DNA of 64,000 bases from a virus. How positions within the stretch are numbered: position 1 is the stretch's first letter; each line of letters starts with the position of its first letter. The position numbers and the translations under genes were made by a program. This document shows, one piece after another, positions 28,427 through 37,272 of the stretch. The stretch is taken from positions 32,001 through 96,000 of the IMG/VR virus record IMGVR_UViG_3300045988_181536; one strand, written 5' to 3'. The notes beneath the pieces are model-generated. The model searched no databases, was not told the DNA's origin, and was given only the letters and a program-made list of their open reading frames with translations.

Positions 28427-31400
28427 ATGAGAATAAAAACTATTGAGAATATAATTGATAGCGTTGATCCTTATTTTATCTTAAAGGATCTGGGATTTTC
28501 CATTGGTCAGAAGCCCGCAAAACAAATTATTGATTATACACTGCGTAATTGCTCGGCTAATAATTATGGCGATACCGGAGCTGAAGAAGCGGATTTAATT
28601 TTAAAAGAATCTACATTAGAAGATTTGCCGGTTGATTCAGCTGATGCTATGGAGGCATATTACGCAAAGATCAACGGCAATTTATTACGCGTGTTGCCAT
28701 TTGGGTATTTGAATATAGACACATTATTTCAATTATCTAATACGCAAGAATTTTTGCCATTGGAAAAACTGGAAGATAAGATGTTTGTCGCAGGCACTTC
28801 CATAGACATGCTGGCGTATTATATGCGGGGGGACTATACAAAAGCCTTTAAAATCTTTTTTAAATATTATGGCGTGCAACTTAAAAGCAAACTTTTGCAT
28901 GAGCCAGCATACGTAGAAAAAGCATTAAAGCATATCCTTATTAAACGCAGAAACGTTTTAAATATAATTGTAGCATCTTTATTCGCCCAACCATCCGAAT
29001 TGTCTCATCAATTTGTTGAAACAAAAAAATGGATGCATCGCGGCAATATCCGAAGCATCAAAGGCATAGGTTTTCCGATAGATTCAGTGCATTTGTTTTA
29101 TATGCTGAAATTTATTGCCGACAATAACGTGCTGTCTTATGCGCCGGAAATTATTTCTTTGGATCAGCAAGATTTAAAAGTTAAAGAAGACAATAGCAGT
29201 TTTGCGTCTTTTATAAATGGCAAGCTGTTTAAAGAAAGCAACGAATGGATCGTTGTGCCTTATTTTGCGGACTATCACATCATTAATAGTTTAAAATTTA
29301 TTAATCCCAGAAATAACAGCTGTTATCAGGTTTATTTAAACAACTATAAAAATTCTTTTGCAGGCATTTATGCTTTAGATCCGCATATTGATTTTAACAA
29401 TACCAAAGTACGCGTATTAGAAAATGTATATGAAGCTATCGTGTTGCATAATTATGCCAAGGAATGCTTGGAATTAGAAGCAAACAACCAGTGTTATATC
29501 GCTGTAGATTTAAATACAAATGAACCGAATAATCTTCGTTCAAATCTAAGCGCATTTAGAAAACTGATATTTTTAAATGATTATAACAGCAGTTTGCAAA
29601 CAATCAAATCTTTGCATGACTCTTTATTGTTAAAAGACAGCACTGATGCAGATTTGTATATCTGCGATTATCACGGGTATAAAGAAGACAATTATTTATA
29701 TACCTATAACGCTTTTGTTGAAAACAAATATAAAACCTTAATTATTAATGCAGCAAGAACCACGGCTACGGGTGTTTCGTCGGAACTGCAATATTTGATG
29801 AATATTTTTGACGTTAATCAGCTGCCATTTAAACGCCGACTATTTGAATGGATAAAAGAAAATAATTATACAACTGTGTTGCAAAAACTTAACGCCATGT
29901 CCAGGGAGATGGTAGAGTTTAACAATTTTGTTATTTGGGAAACATCGGACGGATATATTGTCGAACCTAAAGACGACCCTTCCAATACCCAAATTCTTTC
30001 TAACTTTATTATAAAAGTTGATCAAAATATTATCTTTAAGGATTCAGAGGAGATAATACATAAAGGTCGTTTAATTATGGGCGGCGATCAAGAATACGCT
30101 ATTGCCTTTAGCAAAAAAGATTTATTAAAAAAATCAGCCATCGAAGATCTGGCTTTAAAGGCTTATACAAGATTTACCGTAACAAACTTAATTGAAGACG
30201 ATGAAAATATTAAGTTAAATTTGCCAACTTTATTTGAAGGAAGCGACAGTCCTTTTTATAAAAATTTAATCAGCGTTATCAGGCATAATATCAATAAAGC
30301 GCCCTGTAAATATGGAACGCTTTCTCTTGGATGGGATCGAGCAAATGGCGTGTATACTGCATTAGCATGGCAGGCGACTGCATTAAAGTTTAACTTAAAA
30401 AGCCAAAATGTGTTTTCGTTTTTATCCAGCCAAAGTAATGACACTGTAGAATGCATGAGCAAGGATTTAAAACTATGTTTTTCGTCCGACGTGCCCGTGC
30501 GCATGAGCTATAAAAAATACGCAAAGTTCTTAAATTCGGGGGTTAGGGATATCATAAGTTATATCATATCCGTATTTTATAGGCAATTTTTAGGATATAA
30601 TACAAAACCTTTATACGTTTATGACTCTGTAAACGCACGCAATTTAATTAAGTTTATATTTTTAGCATTAGGCCAGATTGCGCCATTTAATGTGCCGACA
30701 AACGACAGATTTATTAAATCTAAAAAATTGTTTAATGGATTAAACGAATATCCCGTTTATTTGCGTTGTAAAAATATGGCGCTTTTATCTGAAACATATC
30801 CCGAGTATCCTTATGTAATATTTGTTACACAAGATAATGTAACTGAGGATAATGAAAAGGAAATTTATAACGTTAATTACGGCTTAACCGCGCAAGCGTA
30901 TAAACAAGTAACTAAATTTGCATTGGATTCGTTAAGCAGATTTTTTAAATGGATGTTTAGCGTTAATGTTGAAGAATTTGCTTTAGATGATCAGATTGCC
31001 AGCAATGGATTACAGCTGATTGAAGAGGGCAATTTAATTTTTAATTATCTGTGGTGGGATAACGTTTTGGTTGCTTGTCAGTCGGAGATTAATCCTACGG
31101 CGGCATTAAGGGATTTATTAATGTCCATGACGCTTAGGCAGGTAATGGGACATTTATCTTATTATCCAAAAGGCGCCAATGGCAATGGGCAATATGTATT
31201 TAGAAAGGCTATGTTGCCGGAGGGATTAACAGCGAAAGCCCATACCCTTGTATATAATTGTCGTAAACATAAACTGGGGGCATATATTAAGCAACAAAGT
31301 AATGAATCATGGTGTAGCGTTTATTACGCTATGAATAAAGAATTTGTCGAAGATGTTCTGCAAGATGTAATGACCAAAGACGGTTATCCTATCAGACCCG

Positions 31401-31513
31401 AAGAATTAAAAATATTTGTGGAATCGGGAGTGGTATTGCAACTTACCGAATGGAAAAAGCCCGCACGTGTTGTTGATCGTGAAGTATTTGAGTCTGCGCA
31501 ACGAACAAGTTGA
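28427..31513 (+). CDS. large hypothetical protein
   Basis: 1028-aa ORF with a strong SD-like sequence upstream. No recognisable motif. Confidence 0.45.
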   Translation: MRIKTIENIIDSVDPYFILKDLGFSIGQKPAKQIIDYTLRNCSANNYGDTGAEEADLILKESTLEDLPVDSADAMEAYYAKINGNLLRVLPFGYLNIDTLFQLSNTQEFLPLEKLEDKMFVAGTSIDMLAYYMRGDYTKAFKIFFKYYGVQLKSKLLHEPAYVEKALKHILIKRRNVLNIIVASLFAQPSELSHQFVETKKWMHRGNIRSIKGIGFPIDSVHLFYMLKFIADNNVLSYAPEIISLDQQDLKVKEDNSSFASFINGKLFKESNEWIVVPYFADYHIINSLKFINPRNNSCYQVYLNNYKNSFAGIYALDPHIDFNNTKVRVLENVYEAIVLHNYAKECLELEANNQCYIAVDLNTNEPNNLRSNLSAFRKLIFLNDYNSSLQTIKSLHDSLLLKDSTDADLYICDYHGYKEDNYLYTYNAFVENKYKTLIINAARTTATGVSSELQYLMNIFDVNQLPFKRRLFEWIKENNYTTVLQKLNAMSREMVEFNNFVIWETSDGYIVEPKDDPSNTQILSNFIIKVDQNIIFKDSEEIIHKGRLIMGGDQEYAIAFSKKDLLKKSAIEDLALKAYTRFTVTNLIEDDENIKLNLPTLFEGSDSPFYKNLISVIRHNINKAPCKYGTLSLGWDRANGVYTALAWQATALKFNLKSQNVFSFLSSQSNDTVECMSKDLKLCFSSDVPVRMSYKKYAKFLNSGVRDIISYIISVFYRQFLGYNTKPLYVYDSVNARNLIKFIFLALGQIAPFNVPTNDRFIKSKKLFNGLNEYPVYLRCKNMALLSETYPEYPYVIFVTQDNVTEDNEKEIYNVNYGLTAQAYKQVTKFALDSLSRFFKWMFSVNVEEFALDDQIASNGLQLIEEGNLIFNYLWWDNVLVACQSEINPTAALRDLLMSMTLRQVMGHLSYYPKGANGNGQYVFRKAMLPEGLTAKAHTLVYNCRKHKLGAYIKQQSNESWCSVYYAMNKEFVEDVLQDVMTKDGYPIRPEELKIFVESGVVLQLTEWKKPARVVDREVFESAQRTS

Positions 31514-31541
31514 AAAACTTTAAATAATTATGGTATATATA
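31510..31541 (+). promoter_or_regulatory. promoter TTGAAA-N-GGTATATATA
   Basis: -35-like ttgaaa and ggtatatata about 85 nt upstream of the 31625 ATG. The same architecture recurs at 32424 and 32784. Confidence 0.45.
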
Positions 31542-31624
31542 CCTAGAAAGGACATGTTAACTTTGACATACACTTTAAATAAACTGTTTAAAGTGGGAAA
31601 TACGTAAAGTTAGCATAAAAAATT

Positions 31625-32353
31625 ATGAACAATTGGAAAAAATATATTATAGAGTTTATTGCAGTAGTTATGGTTATTATAACTACTGGTTTTATCTCCT
31701 TGCATGTTAGAGAGTGGATAGCAAAATCTAAAACAAATACATCTCGGCTATTCAATTCTAAAAAATTCCTTGAGGAGCTGCCTCTTCATTATGACAATAA
31801 GCTACCCGCTGAGACAATTATATGCGACGATGAAATCTCGTTAACTCGCAGGGACAAACGAGCTATTTTGTTTGATGCTTTGTCGGATTATGTTGCAGCC
31901 AAAACATCTTATATGTTGTCCAACTGGCACAGCGATAATAAGACCATTGTCGTTAACTCTAGCCTTAAAGAAATTGCTGTGGAGCTGATGCGCAAAGATG
32001 TCATCGGCGATATGCCTAGCGTTTCTAAAGCGTTGGAGGATTCCGGCAATATGGCTTCTAAATTAATTGAAGAACAGAAGCAACTGCAACTGCAGAACAA
32101 AAACTATGTTACCGCAGAGGATATAATTATGTATTCGGAGTATTACAAAGAGCTATCTGAAAAATGTAAGTTGTTTGAAAATGCCGGATATAAGAAAGCC
32201 TTTTTAGCGGACGCTATAGGATATGGAATGCTAAAAGGTATAAGAACTGTAGCTGATAACATTGTTTGTTCAGAGGGATCAAAAATTGCCGTTAGAGTTT
32301 ATGACGCTACTGCATATTTAAATGAACAAATGCTAAAGTACTTGAATTTCTAA
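31625..32353 (+). CDS. membrane-anchored protein (N-terminal TM)
   Basis: N-terminal hydrophobic helix YIIEFIAVVMVIITTGFISL. Confidence 0.4.
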   Translation: MNNWKKYIIEFIAVVMVIITTGFISLHVREWIAKSKTNTSRLFNSKKFLEELPLHYDNKLPAETIICDDEISLTRRDKRAILFDALSDYVAAKTSYMLSNWHSDNKTIVVNSSLKEIAVELMRKDVIGDMPSVSKALEDSGNMASKLIEEQKQLQLQNKNYVTAEDIIMYSEYYKELSEKCKLFENAGYKKAFLADAIGYGMLKGIRTVADNIVCSEGSKIAVRVYDATAYLNEQMLKYLNF

Positions 32354-32375
32354 TATTTTAGTAGTTGTTTAATAA

Positions 32376-32409
32376 CTGCGACTTCCTTATATGAAGTCGC
32401 AGTTATTTT
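32376..32409 (+). terminator. rho-independent terminator
   Basis: aactgcgacttccttatatgaagtcgcagtt followed by attttttt. Confidence 0.65.
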
Positions 32410-32423
32410 TTTAATTATTACTA

Positions 32424-32455
32424 TTGAAAAAATTTAAATTTTTGCGGTATATATA
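32424..32455 (+). promoter_or_regulatory. promoter TTGAAA-N18-TATATATA
   Basis: ttgaaa at 32424-32429, 18-nt spacer, then ggtatatataat containing an overlapping TATAAT. Confidence 0.5.
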
Positions 32456-32540
32456 ATTGTGTAAGCTTTGAAGATAAATTCAGAGGATCGCGCGATGCTC
32501 TTTTTTTTTAATTTTTAATTTAACCATAGCTAAAAAAAAA

Positions 32541-32780
32541 ATGAAATATTTTAAATACTTGTTTTTATTAATATGTCCACTATTCCTTAGTAATGCCAAT
32601 GCGCAAGAATCTGTAATTATTAACGGACATACGCATATTGCCGTAACAGTCTTTGTCAACGGACAACCTAAAAAGATTTGGACGCATGATCCAAATGCTT
32701 GCGCAAAATGCACGCTGGATAAATTAAAAGAAACGAATCGGCAAATATTAAATCACTGGTATGGCGCTAAAAAGCCTTAG
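32541..32780 (+). CDS. small secreted protein (signal peptide)
   Basis: N-terminus MKYFKYLFLLICPLFLSNANAQE is a typical Sec signal. 79 aa. Confidence 0.4.
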   Translation: MKYFKYLFLLICPLFLSNANAQESVIINGHTHIAVTVFVNGQPKKIWTHDPNACAKCTLDKLKETNRQILNHWYGAKKP

Positions 32781-32783
32781 CAT

Positions 32784-32815
32784 GTGAAAAAATACCTTTA
32801 TTTGAGGTATATATA
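32784..32815 (+). promoter_or_regulatory. promoter GTGAAA-N17-GGTATATATA
   Basis: Third copy of the ggtatatata motif, upstream of the 32909 ATG. Confidence 0.4.
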
Positions 32816-32908
32816 TTTAGAAAAGTATTATTAACTTTAAGATGTGAAATATTATTCGATATTTCGCATTTTTTTTACTAATAACAAAAAAAAAAGAAAA
32901 GACCAAAA

Positions 32909-33427
32909 ATGGAAATAACTATAAATATCAATGGTAATTCTGAATATGAACTTTATAACGAGTTCATGGATAAATTACTTAAACTTCGCAAAAGTAATAA
33001 GACTGCAAAGACAACTGAGAAAAGATTTTTTTCTAAGCGCAGTCTTAGGGAACAATTTAAAACTATTCCGCCCTTCTGCATTAAAACTGCGGAATCGGTA
33101 TTTCCTGCAGAATATAAAGATATAGCAAAAGATTCCAAAAAACTTTGGCCTTTTGTTAACAATCTCAGAACTGCAAGATTTATCAAAACCTGTGGTTATA
33201 CAAAACCGAAAGGTTCAACGAGACTTTATGTCTCTTATTGCGGAGTGGACTATGATCCCGATAAAGCGTTTACAGTGGAAGCAGACGGCACAGTGTCTGT
33301 TGATCCACAGTTGCTTAATTGGAATCCATTCTCGCTTGGCGGAGATCTCGGTACGATAAAACCGGGGCACAATCTTATTATAGCAACCTCGGGTGTAATT
33401 GTTTCAAAGGAATTTGCCAATGAATAA
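32909..33427 (+). CDS. hypothetical protein
   Basis: 172-aa ORF. Confidence 0.4.
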   Translation: MEITININGNSEYELYNEFMDKLLKLRKSNKTAKTTEKRFFSKRSLREQFKTIPPFCIKTAESVFPAEYKDIAKDSKKLWPFVNNLRTARFIKTCGYTKPKGSTRLYVSYCGVDYDPDKAFTVEADGTVSVDPQLLNWNPFSLGGDLGTIKPGHNLIIATSGVIVSKEFANE

Positions 33428-33716
33428 CCGCAATACTTGGACTACGGCCAAGTTTCAAAAACGCTTAAAAGAATTTATGCGGGATAATCCGGATTTAACC
33501 GAATCTGAGGCCTGCAGTATTCTTGGAAAGCGTGGCGCTGAAAACCGTAAAAAATCACAACTATCACGTTGTGAAAAACAAAAGTCAGCGTCAGTGAATA
33601 TCCAAAATTTTACTGTAAATTTCTACTTGACGGAAGGTGATGGATATCACATAAAGGGAAAAATTAAAAACAAAAAATCCACTGGCAATAATGCGCAGCT
33701 GGAATTTGATTTCTAA
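33420..33716 (+). CDS. hypothetical basic protein
   Basis: Start moved to the ATGA overlap with the upstream stop (MNNRNTW...). Lys/Arg-rich. Confidence 0.35.
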   Translation: MNNRNTWTTAKFQKRLKEFMRDNPDLTESEACSILGKRGAENRKKSQLSRCEKQKSASVNIQNFTVNFYLTEGDGYHIKGKIKNKKSTGNNAQLEFDF

Positions 33717-33732
33717 TTTTTCCTTGCAATAT

Positions 33733-33803
33733 AGTCGCATGGTGTAATGGTAGCACAGATGATTTTGGTTCATTTAGTCTAGGTTCAAACCCTAGTGCGA
33801 CTA
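33733..33803 (+). tRNA. tRNA-Gln (anticodon TTG)
   Basis: Acceptor AGTCGCA/TGCGACT (7 bp). D-arm GTGT-AATGGTA-GCAC. Anticodon stem GATGA/TCATT with loop TTTTGGT. T-arm CTAGG-TTCAAAC-CCTAG. 71 nt, no encoded CCA. Confidence 0.8.
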
Positions 33804-33819
33804 TTGTTCTTTTTCAAAC

Positions 33820-34184
33820 GTCCTGGTGGCGAAACAGGTATACGCAGCAGACTTGACAATAATACAAAGGGTCGCCTACGAGAAATCGCTAGGTAAGCAT
33901 TCCGCGAATTGCTGGAACAGCCTTAGAGTCTCACAAACTACAACGTGGTTGGAAACGACGAGCGTGAAGGTTATAAAATTGTGGGAATTGGCCAATCAGC
34001 AGCCAAGGTCCGTTTAGGACAAGGTTCAGAGACTATGTACGGAACATCTAAACGATTTTATAAATCGCATGATGAAGATATAGTCCAATCAGAACATATT
34101 ATTATGGTTTGAGAAATCAAACAATCTGATGTAAAATCTGCTATCCGAAGGGATATGAGGGTTCGAGTCCCTCCCAGGACACCA
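33820..34184 (+). tRNA. tRNA-Leu (anticodon TAA) interrupted by a group I intron (exons 33820-33853 and 34132-34184, CCA encoded)
   Basis: Acceptor GTCCTGG/CCAGGAC. Discriminator A73 is the Leu identity element. D-arm GCG-AAACAGGTATA-CGC. Anticodon stem GCAGA/TCTGC split by the intron. Long variable arm ATCCGAAGGGAT. T-arm GAGGG-TTCGAGT-CCCTC. Spliced loop CTTAAAA gives anticodon UAA. Confidence 0.75.
33854..34131 (+). ncRNA. group I self-splicing intron in the tRNA-Leu(UAA) anticodon loop
   Basis: Core elements P AATTGCTGGAA (33907-33917), Q AATCAGCAGCC (33995-34005), R GTTCAGAGACTA (34024-34035), S AAGATATAGTCC (34075-34086). IGS GGGTC (33869-33873) can pair with exon GACU to give the U.G pair at the 5' splice site. 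Intron ends in G (omega-G, 34131). 278 nt, no ORF of consequence. Confidence 0.75.
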
Positions 34185-34214
34185 ATTTTAACTTAAAACA
34201 AAAGGAGTATAATT

Positions 34215-34277
34215 ATGGACTTCTCAACCGCTGCGTTGTTAATATTGTTCTTAGCTACATATAATATGATAGGCTAA
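34215..34277 (+). CDS. possible hydrophobic micropeptide (20 aa)
   Basis: aaaggagtataattATG, then MDFSTAALLILFLATYNMIG, followed by a strong hairpin terminator. Confidence 0.2.
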   Translation: MDFSTAALLILFLATYNMIG

Positions 34278-34300
34278 CGGCAAGATTAAATATCTTCATT

Positions 34301-34335
34301 TACAGTCTTCCTGCAGTAAGCACAGGAAGACTGTA
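34301..34335 (+). terminator. rho-independent terminator
   Basis: acagtcttcctgcagtaagcacaggaagactgt then aaatttt. 12-bp perfect stem. Confidence 0.55.
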
Positions 34336-34390
34336 AATTTTAATAATTAAAAAAAAGGAAATTTTTATTTCCTGATAGGAAGTTGCTAAT

Positions 34391-34726
34391 ATGAATGGAT
34401 TAAGCATAATATTGTTAGTACTTGTAATCGCCGGTATATGCACTTGGGGTATGGCCGGCATTTTTATTGTCCTAGGTTTGGCATGGTTAATTGCCTTTAC
34501 CATGGACAATATAAACAACCGCGTTGATGCAACAGCAAAAGCGCGTGAAGAAGAAGCCAGGCTGAAAGCTGAGGCTGAATATACTGTGAAAAAAGCATTT
34601 TATGATATGCGTGTTTCACAGTATAAAAAAGAGACTGCGAAACTGTTAAAAGAACAGATCGCAAAGGAGATTGCCAAGGAAGCCGACATAAATATGCCGG
34701 AGTTCTCGGAAGACTTTCCTCGTTAA
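34391..34726 (+). CDS. membrane protein with Lys/Glu-rich cytoplasmic tail
   Basis: Two N-terminal TM helices, then a charged coiled tail (KAREEEARLKAEAEYTVKK). Holin-like topology is possible but unproven. Confidence 0.4.
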   Translation: MNGLSIILLVLVIAGICTWGMAGIFIVLGLAWLIAFTMDNINNRVDATAKAREEEARLKAEAEYTVKKAFYDMRVSQYKKETAKLLKEQIAKEIAKEADINMPEFSEDFPR

Positions 34727-34869
34727 TTTATTAACTCAATTTCTTTGGAAGGGATGGGTTAATAAAGAGTGGTTTTGGTCCCTTTCTTCCACTCACCATC
34801 CCTTCCTTCCCTTTTGGCTAAACTGGCCAAATACAACAAACAATAACAATAAAACCTAGGTAAAATCAT

Positions 34870-35394
34870 ATGGCTAAAGTATCACGTACTAAAAACTTCA
34901 TCAACTTCGTCACGGTCGCTATACGCGATCAGATGGGAAACCTCTGGATTGTCGGAAGCAACCTTCCGGATAACCATGTTCTTCAAGTAAACGAAAAACA
35001 GACCACCTCAATCCGCAAGCTGTTTATGCAGGCGGAATTAATACAATCGAGAATGCCTAAAACGGCAAACTCGGGTCTTTTCGTATTCTGCCATCACGCC
35101 TCTACAAAGGCGCCGGAGTTCTCGAAGACACTCGTCTTCCAGAAATCCAAATTGGTAGAACTTTGGCAGGGAGGTTTCCCGCAGGCTAAATCGCTTCGCA
35201 TGGCTAACAAAGTCATCGAACAATTTAAACTGCAAGGCATAACGAAGTGGCACACGTCAGACGCTATACAGTGTTTCGACGATCAAAAAGTCTTCCAGGA
35301 ATTGGGATTTAGCTCCCTGGAAGATGACGAAGAAAAAGAAGCTAAAGCCGAGTCAAATCCCGAACCCAACGACCCCGCTGAAGCTACTGCATAA
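34870..35394 (+). CDS. hypothetical protein with acidic C-terminus
   Basis: 174 aa, ends DDEEKEAKAESNPEPNDPAEATA. Bidirectional terminator downstream. Confidence 0.45.
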   Translation: MAKVSRTKNFINFVTVAIRDQMGNLWIVGSNLPDNHVLQVNEKQTTSIRKLFMQAELIQSRMPKTANSGLFVFCHHASTKAPEFSKTLVFQKSKLVELWQGGFPQAKSLRMANKVIEQFKLQGITKWHTSDAIQCFDDQKVFQELGFSSLEDDEEKEAKAESNPEPNDPAEATA

Positions 35395-35430
35395 TTGATC
35401 TTCGGATCCTATAACTAACAAGGATCGGGT

Positions 35431-35456
35431 GTGTTATGCACCCGATCCTTATTATT
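35431..35456. terminator. bidirectional terminator between convergent genes
   Basis: ggatcgggtgtgttatgcacccgatcc flanked by T/A runs on both sides. Confidence 0.6.
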
Positions 35457-35479
35457 TTTTTAGCTATGGGTATATAGCA

Positions 35480-35731
35480 TTATTTTCCAAATAGTTGGAT
35501 ACACTCCCTCCATACTGCGGCAACCTTGCGGCTATATTCGCGTTTTTCGGTTTCACGTACTTTCTCCGGCAAATCCGAAGTCTTGGTTTTGGCAAAATCT
35601 TTAGTTTGCTTTTTTGTTAATTTATCCGCAACTTCTTTAGCTTTGCCGCTTAATTCATCTTCTTTATGTTGCTTTTTGGCACCATAAATCATTCCAAAAA
35701 ATCTTTGTTGTGCTTTTGATTTTGCAGGCAT
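35480..35731 (-). CDS. small basic conserved phage/bacterial protein (KAQQRFFGM-type)
   Basis: 83 aa, MPAKSKAQQRFFGMIYGAKK... followed by Lys-rich segments. Resembles a widespread small uncharacterised family. Assignment from memory only. Confidence 0.4.
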   Translation of the reverse strand: MPAKSKAQQRFFGMIYGAKKQHKEDELSGKAKEVADKLTKKQTKDFAKTKTSDLPEKVRETEKREYSRKVAAVWRECIQLFGK

Positions 35732-35875
35732 AACTTCTTAAAAAAATCAGATTTTATTGTCGCGTCATTTTTAAAAATCGTCAACGGAAAAATTAGCTTA
35801 AAAAAAATAGTTGCCAAATTTCAATCATCTACAATACATTATCTCACACTAACCTAAAACTAAAAAAAACAAACT

Positions 35876-36451
35876 ATGATAAATACTGACAGTATCACAT
35901 GGTACGTGGGCTGCGTGCTTGCTGGCGTTATGGCCGCGCTTGTAGGCTGCTCACTTATAAAAGACGGTGAAACCGTAAACTGGGACAAGGTTGATACAAT
36001 CTCGTCTCTTGTACAAACAACCGCGCAGGTTTCTACCTACGCCGTATGCGTTAAAAATCCGGATCTCTCTCCCGTGTTTAAGGCGATCGGCGAAGGGCTG
36101 GTGCTAATATCAGCATCCCCCGATTCCGAGCAAATGAAACCGGAACAGATTCAGGATTATATCAAAGACCTGCTGTCTGAAAAAGAATGGGGCAGCCTTG
36201 CCGGTCAGGTAAACGGTGTTATGGATACGCTTCTGGGTATCTATGGCAATTTCATAGAAGCTAACCAGGATAAGTTTACCGACGAAGCAAAAGTTTTTGC
36301 CCGTGTGCTAAACTCGATGGGCAAGGGTCTAATATCAGGCAGTGTAGTAGACGTGGCAAGCAGCGCCAAAGCTACAGCGGATCTGGAAAAACAGAAGTCT
36401 GAGCTGATAAATAAGCTAAAGGATATGGATCTCTCCGTATCCGAGGACTAA
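35876..36451 (+). CDS. membrane-anchored hypothetical protein
   Basis: N-terminal TM (WYVGCVLAGVMAALVGCSLI). Terminator follows. Confidence 0.45.
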   Translation: MINTDSITWYVGCVLAGVMAALVGCSLIKDGETVNWDKVDTISSLVQTTAQVSTYAVCVKNPDLSPVFKAIGEGLVLISASPDSEQMKPEQIQDYIKDLLSEKEWGSLAGQVNGVMDTLLGIYGNFIEANQDKFTDEAKVFARVLNSMGKGLISGSVVDVASSAKATADLEKQKSELINKLKDMDLSVSED

Positions 36452-36460
36452 TCTATAGTT

Positions 36461-36488
36461 AACTTGACAAGACGGCGTTGCAAAATAC
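36461..36488 (+). terminator. rho-independent terminator
   Basis: aagacggcgttgcaaaatacgccgtctt followed by tttt. Confidence 0.6.
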
Positions 36489-36524
36489 GCCGTCTTTTTT
36501 AAACTTTAAAAAGAAAGACGAAGC

Positions 36525-36746
36525 ATGAAAAAACAAATCAACACAAAAGGTAAACGATTAAAGAAACGTGTAGTCAAAAAATTAACTGTAGATTTTTCCA
36601 ATAGGTATAATAATATTATGGATGTGGATTTTTTAATTTGCGCAAGCGCCAAATTGCCACAGGATATTTTAGAATCTAAACTCGATGGCACTATTAGTCC
36701 GATAGGCTTTGGGTGTTATAGAAAACAAAGAATTGATTATTATTAA
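36525..36746 (+). CDS. small basic protein
   Basis: 73 aa, Lys/Arg-rich N-terminus. Weak call. Confidence 0.25.
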   Translation: MKKQINTKGKRLKKRVVKKLTVDFSNRYNNIMDVDFLICASAKLPQDILESKLDGTISPIGFGCYRKQRIDYY

Positions 36747-36770
36747 TTTAAACTAAAAACAAGGAACTAT

Positions 36771-37271
36771 ATGATCGCTGCATCTTACTTCTCTGATACA
36801 ACTTTTGCCGTTATTTTTATCACAGGCGTTATACTGCTAGTATCTTATTGTGCTGTTAAATATGCCGGATTTAATACTGCAACTCAAGGTGATGAGTTGA
36901 TTGAAGACCGTAACCATACACATCCAACTGCCGAGAAACATCCGGTAATTATTGTAAAAAGAATAACTTATACAAAATTTGTCGATCGAAAGTTTAAATT
37001 GGCTTTGTCTACAAAGCATTATAAAAAATTTGCGCAATTTAAACATAAATTAGTTTTGCATATACCCACGGACACAATGGCTGACGCAGAAAAGGAAGTT
37101 GAAATGTTTGACCATTTTCTAAAAACTTTTCCGCATGATAAAAAACGGCTATTTGGTGCGAGATTTAGTGCTGGAAACGGCGATGTAATTGTGGCGGTTG
37201 GCATGGCATCATTAAAAGATAAACAGGAATTTTTAGCAGCCTTAAGAGAACAAAACGTAATCATTCTTTAA
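36771..37271 (+). CDS. membrane-anchored hypothetical protein
   Basis: N-terminal TM FAVIFITGVILLVSYCAV. 166 aa. Confidence 0.4.
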   Translation: MIAASYFSDTTFAVIFITGVILLVSYCAVKYAGFNTATQGDELIEDRNHTHPTAEKHPVIIVKRITYTKFVDRKFKLALSTKHYKKFAQFKHKLVLHIPTDTMADAEKEVEMFDHFLKTFPHDKKRLFGARFSAGNGDVIVAVGMASLKDKQEFLAALREQNVIIL

Positions 37272-37272
37272 C

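Noticed and set aside
33826-34017. 63-aa ORF (MAKQVYAADL...) from the six-frame track
   Set aside because: It lies entirely inside the group I intron of tRNA-Leu. No SD sequence, and the composition is dictated by intron core elements.
33847-34140. Alternative reading of the split tRNA as tRNA-Ser(UGA), taking 5 loop nucleotides from the 5' exon
   Set aside because: This requires the intron to end in A rather than the conserved omega-G. The discriminator is A73 (Leu) rather than G73 (Ser). An omega-G boundary at 34131 yields loop CUUAAAA with anticodon UAA.
33820-34184. tmRNA (ssrA)-like reading: 7-bp acceptor pairing of 5' and 3' ends, T-arm plus ACCA 3' end, about 365 nt, internal ORF
   Set aside because: No G3:U70 alanine identity pair (acceptor is G1-C72, U2-A71, C3-G70). 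A normal D-arm and a complementary anticodon stem GCAGA/TCTGC are present, and so is a long variable arm. The interior contains canonical group I intron P/Q/R/S elements. No tag peptide ending in ALAA-like residues precedes a stop.
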